A DNA stretch of 64,000 nt from Planctomycetota bacterium (GTDB taxonomy: Bacteria; Planctomycetota; UBA1135; UBA2386). Each line of letters begins with the position of its first letter. Position 1 is the stretch's first letter. The position numbers and the translations under genes are program-made. The notes below the pieces were generated by a model. The model saw only the letters and a list, made by a program, of their open reading frames with translations, searched no databases and was not told where the DNA came from. The stretch spans positions 1,440,001-1,504,000 of the forward strand of contig OZ245006.1 of assembly GCA_965223545.1 (NCBI GenBank), read 5' to 3'. Shown here in pieces: positions 10,261 through 20,050 of the stretch.

Positions 10261-13200
10261 TGAGCCCGACTCCTCCGCCCGCCACCGAGAACGAGAAGCA
10301 ACCACCGAAGAAGCGGCGCCGGCTGTTGCGATGGACGCTGTACTTGCTCGCCGCGGCCGTCGTGCTCCGCGTTCTGCTCGGCTTGGCGATGCCGTGGCTC
10401 GTCCGCTGGGGCGCCGGCTTCGCCGATCTGGCCGCCGACTACGAGCGCATGCAACTGAGCTTGCTCGGCGGACACGTGCAGATCACGCAGCTGAAGCTGC
10501 ACCAGCGCGACGCCGAGGGCGAAGCCGATCCAGAACGGCCGCTGCTGTTCCTCGAGCACGCCGACGTCGACGTCGACGTGTCGGCCCTGCTCACGGGTAC
10601 GCTGCGCGTGCACACGGTCGAGGTCGACGGCCTGCAGACCTGGGTCGAGCGCACTGCCGAGGAGGACGCGGAAGAGACGCCTGCCGAGCCACCGGCCGAG
10701 AGCGATCCAGCAACCGACGAAGGCGCGACCGGGGATGGCGACGCCACCGCCGAACCAGCGCCCCTCGAGCTCGGGCTGCCGGTGCAGATCGACCGCCTGC
10801 GCATCCAGCACGTACAGGTGCACGTGCGGGACACGACGGTCGAGCCCGGCTTCGACGGCTCGCTGCACGCCGACCTGCACGCCTCGCACCTCGGCCATCC
10901 ACAACGCCCCGGATCGGCGGTGTTGCTGGTCCGCATGCCCGGCGTCCTCGACGCGCTCGACGTGCGCGTCGAGGGCCAGAGCGGAGGCGCCGGCGCCCGC
11001 GCACGGCTCGACGTGGCCCTCGACGGGCTGCGCCTGCCAGCACTGCGCGGCTACCTGCGCGCCGCCGGCATCGCGCCGCACGCCGCGCGGCTCGACTTCG
11101 GTCTGCACTCCGAGCTGACCCTCGAGCCCACCGACGAGACCGGCACGGCCGCCAGCGGCGGGCTGCAGCTTGCCGATCTGGCGCTGCGCGCGGACGGCGC
11201 CGAGGCCGTGGCGCTGGACGCGGTCGAGGTCGACGTCGCGTCGCTCACCAATGCCGCTCTGCACATCCCGCGGATCGCATTGCGCGGCCTGCGCGCGGCG
11301 GCGGGCCGCACTCCCCGAGGAGTGACGCGCGTCGCCGGCCTCGACCTCGGCGGGGCGGCGCCGACCGCCGCACCGGCCGCGGCGGAGCCCGAGGCCGAGG
11401 CAGCACCCCCCGCCGTCGACCCGGCGCCGCGCACGTTCGACTGGCGCATCGACGAGATCGCGGTTTCCGAGGCCGCGGCGCGCTTCACCGACGGCGCGGT
11501 CCAGCCCGAGGTCGACCTCACCGTGCGCCTCGACGCGCTCACCGCCACCGACATCACCGCGGCGTTGGACCAGCCGATCGCGGTCGACGCAGCGCTGTTG
11601 TGCGACGGGTTGGCCGCGCTGACGGCCCAGGCCCGCCTGCAGCTGCAGCCGAACCTGACGGCGAGCGCCACTCTGCGCGGTGAGCGCGTCGCGTTCGACG
11701 CGATCGCCCCGTACTTGGCGGCGGCGGGACTGCAGCCGACCCTGCGCGGCGGCACCCTGGAGCTCGCCCTGGAAGCCGCGGTCGAAACCGATCCGGCGAC
11801 CGCGACCACACGCGCGCGCGTCGCGCTGCGCGACCTGGCCTTGCGCGGCGAACAGCCACTGTTGCAGCTCGGCCACGTCGTGCTCGACGACGTAGTCGCC
11901 GCGCCGGGGCGCGTGCGCTTGGGCGAGATCGACATCGCCGGCCTGCAGCTGCCGGTGCGCGTCGTCGGCGGCGGCAGTGTCGCCCTGCTGGGGTTGCGCA
12001 CGGTACCAGCGAACGACACCGTTGCAGCGCCCGCTCCGGAGACCACCGCGGACGCGGAGCCGCGCAACGACGCAGCGCCGCCGCCTACGGCGTCGCCACC
12101 GTTGCGGTTGGAGATCGGGCACCTGCACTGGCGGGACAGCGCAATCGCCTTCGTCGACGAGAGCCGCGTCCCCGCGCCGGAGATCGACACCCGCGACGTC
12201 GGCGTCGAGATCCGCGACCTGGTCATCGGCGGCGACACCCCGACGCCGCCCGCCACCGTCCGCGCCTGGCTCGTCGCACGCGACGTGACGGAGTCGTTGC
12301 AGCTCACCGGTCAGGTGCAGTCCCGCCCGGGGCCGCTCGACCTGACCACGCGCCTGGCGCTGCGCGGCACCGGTCTGCGGGCGGGGCCGCTGACGCCCTA
12401 CCTCGACGCCGCGGGAATCGAGTCGACCCTGCGCGCCGCCAGCCTGGCCGCCGACATCGAGGCCACCGTGCGCGCCACCGACGACGGCATCGCCGCCAGC
12501 GCGGCAGTGACCGAAGTGGCGCTGCGCGACGGCGACGACGAGCTGGCCGCGATCGACAGCCTGCGCGTCGACGGCGTGGCGGTGGGGCCGCGTTCGACCG
12601 ACATCGATTCGGTCGCGCTCGCCGGCGTGCGACTGCGCGCGGCGCGGGAGGCCGATGGCGCGCTGGCCATCGCCGGCATCCGCCTGCCACCGCCGGCGAC
12701 CGGCGGCGTGCCCGATGTGGTGCCGGAGGCGGCCGCGGGCACGGGCGAGGACGCCGGCCCCACCCCTTCCGCACCGGCTGCCACCCCGCCGGCCGCGCAG
12801 ACACAGCTGCGCCTCGCCGAGTTGCGGATCGACGGGGTCGATCTGCAGTGGCAGGACGCGGCGGTGACGCCAGCTGTCGACACCGCCCTGCAGCTGGCGG
12901 TCGCCCTCGACGGGCTTGCGCTCGGCGGGCCCGCCACCCCTGCGGCGCTGCGCTGTGAGGTCGCGGTGCGCGACGCCATCGAGCAGCTCCGGATCGAAGG
13001 CGAGGTGACGCCCGATCCCGAAGACCTCGGCGTCGCCCTCGACCTCGCCCTGCGCGGAGCGCGCGCCGACGCCCTGCGCGGCTACCTTCCCCCACAGACC
13101 CCGGTGACCCTGCGCGACGGCCGACTCCGGCTGCGGCTGGAAGCCACCGCGGCGATGCGCGACGACGGGGCGCGCGCGGTCGAGGTCGCGTTGACCGACA

Positions 13201-15647
13201 TCGACTACCGCGACGGAGACACCGAACGCCCGCTGCTCGGGCTCGACGCGGTGCGGCTGGCGGCACCGCGCCTGGACGCCGATGCGGGAGTCTACGAGAT
13301 CGCCGAAGTGTCGCTGCGCGGCCTGCAGCTCGACGCCACGCGCAGCGCGGACGGCGCGCTGCACGTGCTCGGTCTGGAGCTGCCCGCAACGCCGCCGGCC
13401 CCGGGCGAGGGCGGCGCAGGCCCAACGCCGACTGGCGAGGAGGCGGCACCGAGTCCCGGCTTCCGCGCCGTCGAGACCGCGCGCCGCCCGACGCGGGCAG
13501 CGCCGCTGCCGCGCGTCGAGCTGGGCGCGTTCGAGGTCGACATCGCGGCGCTCACGTTCGTCGATGAGACCCAGCCCGGGTCCACGCCGCTGGTTGCACG
13601 CGCGCGGCTGGCGACCCCCGCTGCCTGCGTCTTGCTGGCAGAGGATCCCGTCTCTCTGCCCCCCTTGCAGCTCGGTCTGGACCTGGAAGTCGAGCCGGTG
13701 CTCGGCGCGCTCGACGTCGACGTCGTCGTGTCGCCGTTCGCCGACCCACCCGGACTCGAAGTGACCGCCGCCGCGCGCGGCCTGCGCGGGGCCGGCCTGA
13801 CCGAGGTGCTGCCGGCCCTCACCGAGCAGCTCGACGCCAGCGGCATCGACAACGGCAGCGTCGACCTGCACCTGCAGGCCCACTTGCTCGCGCGCCGGCG
13901 CGGCCCGGCAGAACTCGATCTGGAGCGCGGTTTCGGCATCGACCTGGTGCTCGACCAGCTGGCGCTGCGCGCCGTCGAGGACGGTCCGGTCGTCGCCGGC
14001 ATCGGCGGCGTGCAGGTCGAGGTGCGGCGCATCAACCCGTCGACCGGCGCCGTGCACGTGCAGTCGGTAGAGATCGACACACCGACGGCGCGGATCACAC
14101 AGCGCACGGACGGCCTGCTGGTCGCCGGTGTGTTGCTCAAGCCCCCCGTTCCGCCCGAGGGCGAGGGCGAGAGCGACGCGTCGCCCGCGGCAGCGCGCCC
14201 TGCACCGCGCGCTGTGGCCGCGGCCGCCCAGAGCGAGCCTGCGCCGGAGTTTCGCCTCGACCAGCTGCTGGTCAGCGGACTCGACGTCGAGTTCCGCGAC
14301 GAGCGCGCCGAGCCCGCGTTCGTGCTGCCCCTGAACCGATTCGATTGCGAGGTGCGCGGCTTCACCACGCGCGCCTTCGAAGAGCCCGTGCCCCTGCGCT
14401 TCAGCGCCGACCTCGGCGCCGGCGGCGTCGAGCTGCCGGAGCGCGTGCAGAGCGTGGCATTCCCCCTCGGCTTTGCCCAAGCGGCGGTCTCGGCGTTGAC
14501 CGGCGGTGAGGACGCCGTCGGCACCGAATCGCGCCGCGTCCTCGAAGAGCTCGCGATCAACGGCCGGCTGTCGTTCGCGCCACAGCTCGAGGGCGTGGTC
14601 AAGGTCAACCTGGCCGGGCTCGAGCTCCCTGCGCTGCGCGGTCCCGCGGCCGAAGCCGGCGTCGAGATCGGCGACGGTGTGCTCGACTTCGGCACCGCCC
14701 TGCGCTTCCGCGGCGCCCAGGGACTCGACATCGACACCGGCATCACCTTCACCCACCTGTCGATCGACGAGCCTCCGGGCGGACCGATCTCGACCTACCT
14801 GCAGCTGCCGGCGCCGCTCGACTCGGTACTGTTCTTGCTGCGCAACGAGGACGGGGAGCACAAGCTGTCGCCGAGCATTCACATCGGCGCCGCCGGCATC
14901 AGCGCGGGCGAGATCGCGCGCGTCGCCGGCGAAACGCTGGCGCTGACCATCGCCAACGCGGTCGCGGCGGCGCCGCTGCGCGCCACGGGAATGCTCACCG
15001 ACGTGGTCGGCATGACCGGGGCGGCCGAGGACCTCGACGCGCTCACCACGCAGCTGGCGTTCGAGCCGGGTGCCCCGGCGCTGCCAGCCGATGCCGCCGA
15101 CACGCTGCATCGCCTGCTCGCCGAGGTGACCCACGACGAGCAGCTGGTGATCGTCGCGCAGCATCAGTTCGGAGCCGCCGATCTCGAGCTGGCGGCGCGT
15201 CGCGGCAGCCCACCGCCGGACACCTGCCACGAGCTGCTGCTGGGTTTCGCCGAGCGCGAGGCGGTGTTGCAGCGACGCCGGGCAGAGGCCGCCGCGCGGG
15301 CGCGCGCGGTGGTGATCACCGGCCAGCGGGCGACCCCCGACCCGAGCGCCGCACTCCGCGCCATCGAGAGCGAGCTCGGCGAGCTGGCCCTGGCGCGCGA
15401 GGCGGTCCTCGAGCTGTTGGCCCCGGGCGCCGAGCGGCAACGGGCGCGCCGCGCCAAGCACAGCGCGCGCGCCGTCGCCGAACGAAGGCTGGCCGAGGTG
15501 CGCGATCTGGTCGTGGCCAAGCTGCGCGGCTTCGGCGCCGAACTGCCGCAGACGCGCATCGAGGTGCGCAAGCCGCGGCTCGGCCAGGTCGCTGGTGAGG
15601 GCGGCGGCCAAATCGTGCTGCAGGCCCGGCGACGGCAGGTTCAGTGA
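10260..15647 (+). CDS. Giant DUF748/AsmA-like periplasmic protein (about 1795 aa) with degenerate OmpA-like C-terminus
   Basis: KKRRR plus N-terminal TM; repeated FxDxxVxP, LxPYL and GxL beta modules; C-terminal LAFEPG...AERRLAEVRDL. Confidence 0.85.
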   Translation: MSPTPPPATENEKQPPKKRRRLLRWTLYLLAAAVVLRVLLGLAMPWLVRWGAGFADLAADYERMQLSLLGGHVQITQLKLHQRDAEGEADPERPLLFLEHADVDVDVSALLTGTLRVHTVEVDGLQTWVERTAEEDAEETPAEPPAESDPATDEGATGDGDATAEPAPLELGLPVQIDRLRIQHVQVHVRDTTVEPGFDGSLHADLHASHLGHPQRPGSAVLLVRMPGVLDALDVRVEGQSGGAGARARLDVALDGLRLPALRGYLRAAGIAPHAARLDFGLHSELTLEPTDETGTAASGGLQLADLALRADGAEAVALDAVEVDVASLTNAALHIPRIALRGLRAAAGRTPRGVTRVAGLDLGGAAPTAAPAAAEPEAEAAPPAVDPAPRTFDWRIDEIAVSEAAARFTDGAVQPEVDLTVRLDALTATDITAALDQPIAVDAALLCDGLAALTAQARLQLQPNLTASATLRGERVAFDAIAPYLAAAGLQPTLRGGTLELALEAAVETDPATATTRARVALRDLALRGEQPLLQLGHVVLDDVVAAPGRVRLGEIDIAGLQLPVRVVGGGSVALLGLRTVPANDTVAAPAPETTADAEPRNDAAPPPTASPPLRLEIGHLHWRDSAIAFVDESRVPAPEIDTRDVGVEIRDLVIGGDTPTPPATVRAWLVARDVTESLQLTGQVQSRPGPLDLTTRLALRGTGLRAGPLTPYLDAAGIESTLRAASLAADIEATVRATDDGIAASAAVTEVALRDGDDELAAIDSLRVDGVAVGPRSTDIDSVALAGVRLRAAREADGALAIAGIRLPPPATGGVPDVVPEAAAGTGEDAGPTPSAPAATPPAAQTQLRLAELRIDGVDLQWQDAAVTPAVDTALQLAVALDGLALGGPATPAALRCEVAVRDAIEQLRIEGEVTPDPEDLGVALDLALRGARADALRGYLPPQTPVTLRDGRLRLRLEATAAMRDDGARAVEVALTDIDYRDGDTERPLLGLDAVRLAAPRLDADAGVYEIAEVSLRGLQLDATRSADGALHVLGLELPATPPAPGEGGAGPTPTGEEAAPSPGFRAVETARRPTRAAPLPRVELGAFEVDIAALTFVDETQPGSTPLVARARLATPAACVLLAEDPVSLPPLQLGLDLEVEPVLGALDVDVVVSPFADPPGLEVTAAARGLRGAGLTEVLPALTEQLDASGIDNGSVDLHLQAHLLARRRGPAELDLERGFGIDLVLDQLALRAVEDGPVVAGIGGVQVEVRRINPSTGAVHVQSVEIDTPTARITQRTDGLLVAGVLLKPPVPPEGEGESDASPAAARPAPRAVAAAAQSEPAPEFRLDQLLVSGLDVEFRDERAEPAFVLPLNRFDCEVRGFTTRAFEEPVPLRFSADLGAGGVELPERVQSVAFPLGFAQAAVSALTGGEDAVGTESRRVLEELAINGRLSFAPQLEGVVKVNLAGLELPALRGPAAEAGVEIGDGVLDFGTALRFRGAQGLDIDTGITFTHLSIDEPPGGPISTYLQLPAPLDSVLFLLRNEDGEHKLSPSIHIGAAGISAGEIARVAGETLALTIANAVAAAPLRATGMLTDVVGMTGAAEDLDALTTQLAFEPGAPALPADAADTLHRLLAEVTHDEQLVIVAQHQFGAADLELAARRGSPPPDTCHELLLGFAEREAVLQRRRAEAAARARAVVITGQRATPDPSAALRAIESELGELALAREAVLELLAPGAERQRARRAKHSARAVAERRLAEVRDLVVAKLRGFGAELPQTRIEVRKPRLGQVAGEGGGQIVLQARRRQVQ

Positions 15648-15726
15648 CGCAAACCGACGGGTTGCCGCGCAAGATCGAGAGGCGGTCGGCGTCCGAGTCG
15701 ACATCCCCTCGCTCGGAGAACACGCG

Positions 15727-16137
15727 ATGACGAAATCGTCCCTCGTTCACCTTCCGTTGTTCATGGCACTCGGCCTGGTCTGGCTCGCCTGCCAGGGTTC
15801 TCCGCCGGAACGAACGGCGACCCCGGCGGCGGACGCCGCGAAGGGCGGGGTGGCCGTGCAGCTGGACGGCGACATGGTGACGCTGACGCTCACCGACCCG
15901 GGCGGAGTACCGATCGAAGAACTGCTCCGGGCGACTCAGCCGATCGCCGGCTGCGCGTTCACCTACAACCGGGCCGAGCTGAGCGCGGCCGCGGCGCGCG
16001 TCCGTTTCACCGGTCAGAAGCGCGTTGCCAAGCAGGCGATGATCCCCCTGCTGCGCGATCTACTGCAGCGGCACGGCTTCGCGCTGATCGAGCGCGGCCA
16101 GGGCGACACTCGACTGTTCGAAGTCGTCCCCGCGTGA
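15727..16137 (+). CDS. Small lipoprotein resembling an isolated secretin (GspD) N0 domain
   Basis: GGAG SD; lipobox WLAC; pattern PIEELLR...FTY...VRFTGQKRV...LLRDLLQRHGFALI...FEVVP. Confidence 0.6.
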   Translation: MTKSSLVHLPLFMALGLVWLACQGSPPERTATPAADAAKGGVAVQLDGDMVTLTLTDPGGVPIEELLRATQPIAGCAFTYNRAELSAAAARVRFTGQKRVAKQAMIPLLRDLLQRHGFALIERGQGDTRLFEVVPA

Positions 16138-16180
16138 GGGGCCGGCGCGAAGCCGCCCGCGCGGTGTGACCGGGGAGTAG

Positions 16181-16201
16181 CCGCAGAGCACTCCTCTGCG
16201 G
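16181..16201 (+). promoter_or_regulatory. Hairpin between the SD-like GGGGAG and the dprA start codon
   Basis: CCGCAGAG-cactc-CTCTGCGG, a perfect 8-bp stem ending 1 nt before the ATG. Confidence 0.5.
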
Positions 16202-16202
16202 T

Positions 16203-17282
16203 ATGGATGCGTTCGTCAAGCTCGCCGTGGCCGAGGGCTGCGGCCCCGGGCTCGTCGCCGCCCTCCTCGACCCGGACAGCGATCCCGAGGTGCTGCTGCG
16301 CGACCCACCGCGGCTGCCGCCGGCGGTCCGCCGCCGGCTCTTGGACCCCGACCTGGCCGCCCATGCCGCGCGGTGGCGCGCGGCCGCGCACGCCGCCGGA
16401 CAGACGGTGTTGACGCCGGACGATGTGCGCTACCCGGGGCGCTTGCGCTGCGCGCCGCAGCGGCCCAACGCCCTGTTCGCGCGCGGCGCCCTCGACCTGC
16501 TCGACGGCGCGCGCCCGGCGGTCGCGGTCGTCGGCAGCCGCACGCCGACGCCCTACGGCGTCGCGGCGGCCGAGGACTTCGCCGCGCACCTCGGCCGCGC
16601 CGGCTTCGTCTTGTGGAGCGGGCTGGCCATCGGCATCGACGCGGTGGCACACCGCACCGCGTTGACCACCGGCAGCCCGACGGTGGCGGTGCTGGCGGGC
16701 GGTCTCGACCGCGTCTATCCGCCGGCGCACGAGCCGTTGGCGCAACGCATTGCGGTGCAAGGCGGGCTGTTGTTGGGCGAGACCCCACCCGGGACGCGCG
16801 CGCAGCGCGGTCACTTCCCGCGGCGCAACCGACTGTTGGCCGCGTGCGACGCGGTGCTGGTGGTCGAGGCCGGCCTGTCCTCGGGCACGCTGCACACCGC
16901 GCGCCACGCCGCCGATGCCGGCGTCGACGTGTTCGCGGTGCCCGGCCCGTACGGCAGCCCGCGCAGCCAGGGCTGCCACGCGCTGATCGCGGACGGTGCG
17001 CAGATCGCCGCCGACCCGGCCGACCTGCTGCGCCGGCTGGGCGCCAACGCCGCGTTGCGTGGGGACGCCGCCCCGGAGGCCGCGCTCGGAGCCGACGCCG
17101 CCGCGATCCTCGACGCCCTGCGCAGCGGCCCGCGGCCGGTGGACCTGGTCCAACGGGAGACCAAGCTGGCGCGCGGACCGTTCTTGGCGGCCCTCGACGC
17201 GGCGGTCGGTGCCGGGCTCGTCCGCGACGTGCCCGGCGATCTGCTACAACGCGTCTCGCCCGCGCTGCGCGCGGACGGCTGA
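16203..17282 (+). CDS. dprA: DNA-processing protein DprA
   Basis: AVVGSRTPTPYG, SGLAIGIDAVAH, HFPRRNRL, VVEAGLSSGTLHTA, VFAVPG. Confidence 0.96.
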   Translation: MDAFVKLAVAEGCGPGLVAALLDPDSDPEVLLRDPPRLPPAVRRRLLDPDLAAHAARWRAAAHAAGQTVLTPDDVRYPGRLRCAPQRPNALFARGALDLLDGARPAVAVVGSRTPTPYGVAAAEDFAAHLGRAGFVLWSGLAIGIDAVAHRTALTTGSPTVAVLAGGLDRVYPPAHEPLAQRIAVQGGLLLGETPPGTRAQRGHFPRRNRLLAACDAVLVVEAGLSSGTLHTARHAADAGVDVFAVPGPYGSPRSQGCHALIADGAQIAADPADLLRRLGANAALRGDAAPEAALGADAAAILDALRSGPRPVDLVQRETKLARGPFLAALDAAVGAGLVRDVPGDLLQRVSPALRADG

Positions 17283-17283
17283 G

Positions 17284-18849
17284 TCAGCGCCCACCGGCGG
17301 CCGCGGCGTCAGCGTCGCCGTCGGTCTCGCCCTCGCTCTCTTCCTTCTGCAACAACGGGTGCGCTGCCAAGAACGCGCGCCGCTCGGCGAAGAACCTCTT
17401 CAGCCCCGGGCGACGCTCGTCGCCCTGGTCGAGGGCGGCGACGAACGCGTCGTAGCCATACAGCGACTTGTCGTCCTGCTGCACGAACGGCTCGATCTGC
17501 TCACGCCAGGAGTCGATCAAGGCGCCGACCTTCTCCCAGTCCAGCCACTCGTCGACCAAGGCCCGGCAGTGTTCCAAGTACCGGGCGCGCCAGGCAGGCA
17601 CCGACAGCAGAGCACGACAGAGGGCCGCGCGTGGCTCGTCGGCGCGCGCCAGCGGATCGAGCTCCAGGGAGGGTTCCCTGCGCCCATCGCGTTCGCGGCC
17701 GAAGCCGCCGGGCCCGCCGCCGTAGCTGAACGCCTCGTTGTTGTCGCGGAACAGCGGATGGAAGCGGCCGCGACCATCCATGAACAACGCGTAGTCGCTG
17801 CCGCGGTAGTGGTAGCCGTCGCCGTCCATCAACACGTTGTCGAGCGCCAGGAACCAAAGGGTGTGGTCGACGTCGAGCACTTTGGGCAGCTCCTGCTCCA
17901 ACAAGTCGGGGAAGTCGATGCTGAGCGCCGCGCACAGCTCGATCAGCCCCCGCCACGCCGCCTTCTTCGAGGGCGCCGAACGCAGCTCGTAGACCGAGCG
18001 GTAGGCATCCGGGTCCGACCCGCGGTAGGCCAGCGCCGCCTCGCCGGAGAAGTTGGGCCGCACCTTCCAACGACCGGCGCCGGTCTCGCCGAACGCCTCG
18101 CGCAAGAAGTCCCGGTTGATCTGCTGCTCGTTGATGTAGAGCCCCCAGCTCTCGCCGTTGATCACCAGGTGGACGAAGCACGACTTCGGCGCCTTCACGA
18201 AGCGGCCGGCGATGTGCGCGAACAAGACCGAGCGGAGAAACGACGGATCCGCGTGCGCACTGAGCAGGTTGAGCGAGCGATACCCCTTGACGCGCTGGTC
18301 GTCGTGCGCCCAATCGACGGCGATGCCGAGCGACTTCTTGGGCCGGTCCATCACCGTGAAGAACGACGAGCTGCCCCGATAGTGCACGCCGACATCGCGG
18401 TGGTAGACGCCGTCGATCACCAGCGTCGCCGGCAGCTGGATGCCGGTGCGCCAGAAGAGCTTCATCTGCTCGTCCCAATCCGGTGCCTCGAACTCGAGGA
18501 AGATCGTCTGGATCACCTCGCTGTCGTAGAGCCCGCGATCGGGGTACTGCTCGACAGTGTGCTCGTCGACTTGGCGCGGCTCGAGATCGTGCTCCGGCGG
18601 CGGCGAGGAGCGCCGGGTACGCGGCGGGTCCTTGGCGCGTTCGGCGCGGATCCACGCCAACGCGACGTGGCGCTCGGTGTCGTCGAGGCGGCCGTTGTTG
18701 TCGCCATCGAAGCGCTCGACCAGCCGCGTCGCGTACACCGGCGTCCTGCGCTGGGCGACGAGGTCGACGGCGAGAAGCAGAACCGCGCCCGAGAGCGCCC
18801 AGCGGTGACAGGATCGGAGCACGAGGAAGTCCAGGGCCAGGGCCATCAT
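17284..18849 (-). CDS. CotH kinase-family secreted protein with EF-hand
   Basis: VGVHYRGSSS, KKSL, DPSFLR, VINGESWGLYINEQQ, DGDGY, DNNEAF; EF-hand DGDNNGRLDDTE. Confidence 0.88.
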   Translation of the reverse strand: MMALALDFLVLRSCHRWALSGAVLLLAVDLVAQRRTPVYATRLVERFDGDNNGRLDDTERHVALAWIRAERAKDPPRTRRSSPPPEHDLEPRQVDEHTVEQYPDRGLYDSEVIQTIFLEFEAPDWDEQMKLFWRTGIQLPATLVIDGVYHRDVGVHYRGSSSFFTVMDRPKKSLGIAVDWAHDDQRVKGYRSLNLLSAHADPSFLRSVLFAHIAGRFVKAPKSCFVHLVINGESWGLYINEQQINRDFLREAFGETGAGRWKVRPNFSGEAALAYRGSDPDAYRSVYELRSAPSKKAAWRGLIELCAALSIDFPDLLEQELPKVLDVDHTLWFLALDNVLMDGDGYHYRGSDYALFMDGRGRFHPLFRDNNEAFSYGGGPGGFGRERDGRREPSLELDPLARADEPRAALCRALLSVPAWRARYLEHCRALVDEWLDWEKVGALIDSWREQIEPFVQQDDKSLYGYDAFVAALDQGDERRPGLKRFFAERRAFLAAHPLLQKEESEGETDGDADAAAAGGR

Positions 18850-18946
18850 CCGGCCCGATCGTAGCGCGACTCCGGGTTCAGACCCGTCCTTCTCGCCCTC
18901 GGAGCGCAAAGCGCCGTGGCGACCGCGCCGGGCGGCGCGATGGGGA

Positions 18947-19879
18947 TCAGCCCCGCGGGCGCAGGACGGGGAAATCCTGCACTGCCGAGTAGATCGCCGG
19001 CACGTAGCCGACGAGCTCGACCGATTCTGCCCATGCATCGCGCACGTGCGTGTCATCGAAGAAGGTCTGGCCGTACCGCTCCGCGACTGCGCCGAGCTTG
19101 GCGACTCGCGCAGGCTCGCTGGCGAAGTGAGCGCAGTGATCCATCGGGAACCGCCGCAGCGCACGCCGCGCGTCTTCCTGGCCGACTCCGGTCGCGCGAC
19201 TCCGCCCAGCGTCGCTGGCGATCGAGAACAGCGCGAACGGACCGAACGCGGTGATCATCAGCAAGCCGTCCGGCCGGCACACGCGCGCCAGCTCTCCGAT
19301 CCACCGCACGCCATCGTCGGGGTGCAGGTGCGAGAACACGGAAAGCGCGACGACCAGATCGACCGAGTCACTGTCGAGCTGCACCGGTGGAGAAGCACCG
19401 TTGACGAAGAACTGCGCATCGATGTGCGCGTCCGCCCACTCGATGCTGTCCGATCGGACATCGCACGCGCGCAGGCTCGCCCGGGGCAGAGCTGCGCGCA
19501 ACCACCGCGTCACTCGGCCCGGCCCACAGCCGAAATCGAGCACGTCGCGCACTCGTGACCACGACCCGCCGGCATGCAAATCCCACAGCGCTGGCACGGT
19601 CTCGAGGTGCTGGATGCCCAGCCAGAGGTGCTGCTGCGGCGTGTCGCCGCCACCGATGTTGCGCAGCAGTGCATCGGGGGGCGCCGGTGGGAAGAAGCCA
19701 CCGAGCCGATCGGGGTACTCGATGCCGCCGTTGGCCGCAGCCCAGCGCAGCAGCCCGGGGTCATCGGTGCCCGTGTAGTGGTCGCGAAGGTCTGCTCGCT
19801 CCCGGAAGATGGCAGCCAGGACCGCGCGGTACTCAGGGGCGGCCGGAAGAAGCCAGCCGGGTGCGTATGGCGCGTCCAT
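18947..19879 (-). CDS. Class I SAM-dependent methyltransferase
   Basis: VLDFGCGPGR; DLVVALSVFSHL; ELARVCRPDG. Confidence 0.9.
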   Translation of the reverse strand: MDAPYAPGWLLPAAPEYRAVLAAIFRERADLRDHYTGTDDPGLLRWAAANGGIEYPDRLGGFFPPAPPDALLRNIGGGDTPQQHLWLGIQHLETVPALWDLHAGGSWSRVRDVLDFGCGPGRVTRWLRAALPRASLRACDVRSDSIEWADAHIDAQFFVNGASPPVQLDSDSVDLVVALSVFSHLHPDDGVRWIGELARVCRPDGLLMITAFGPFALFSIASDAGRSRATGVGQEDARRALRRFPMDHCAHFASEPARVAKLGAVAERYGQTFFDDTHVRDAWAESVELVGYVPAIYSAVQDFPVLRPRG

Positions 19880-19961
19880 GCACGCCCAGGATGTCGCGGA
19901 CTCTCGCGCGGGCCCACCCCCTGTGCACTACGGATGCGACAAGCGGCACCGGCGCGGCGGC

Positions 19962-19993
19962 GCGAAGCGAGAGAATCGAGCCTGACACCGTAC
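19962..19993 (-). repeat. REP-like extragenic repeat, copy 1
   Basis: GCGAAGCGAGAGAATCGAGCCTGACACCGTAC; 27/32 identical to 55419-55450. Confidence 0.7.
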
Positions 19994-20050
19994 GTAGCGC
20001 TGCCCGGCCGGGGCCGGGCAGCGCTGCGCGTCGAAGGGAGATGGCGCGGC

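Noticed and set aside
9936..15704. 1922-aa antisense ORF, and other long shadow ORFs such as 1738-3540, 7251-9854, 29944-32892, 37838-40345, 56013-59696 and 59669-61984
   Set aside because: They mirror well-supported genes on the other strand, have no recognisable motifs, and are expected in very GC-rich DNA with few stop codons
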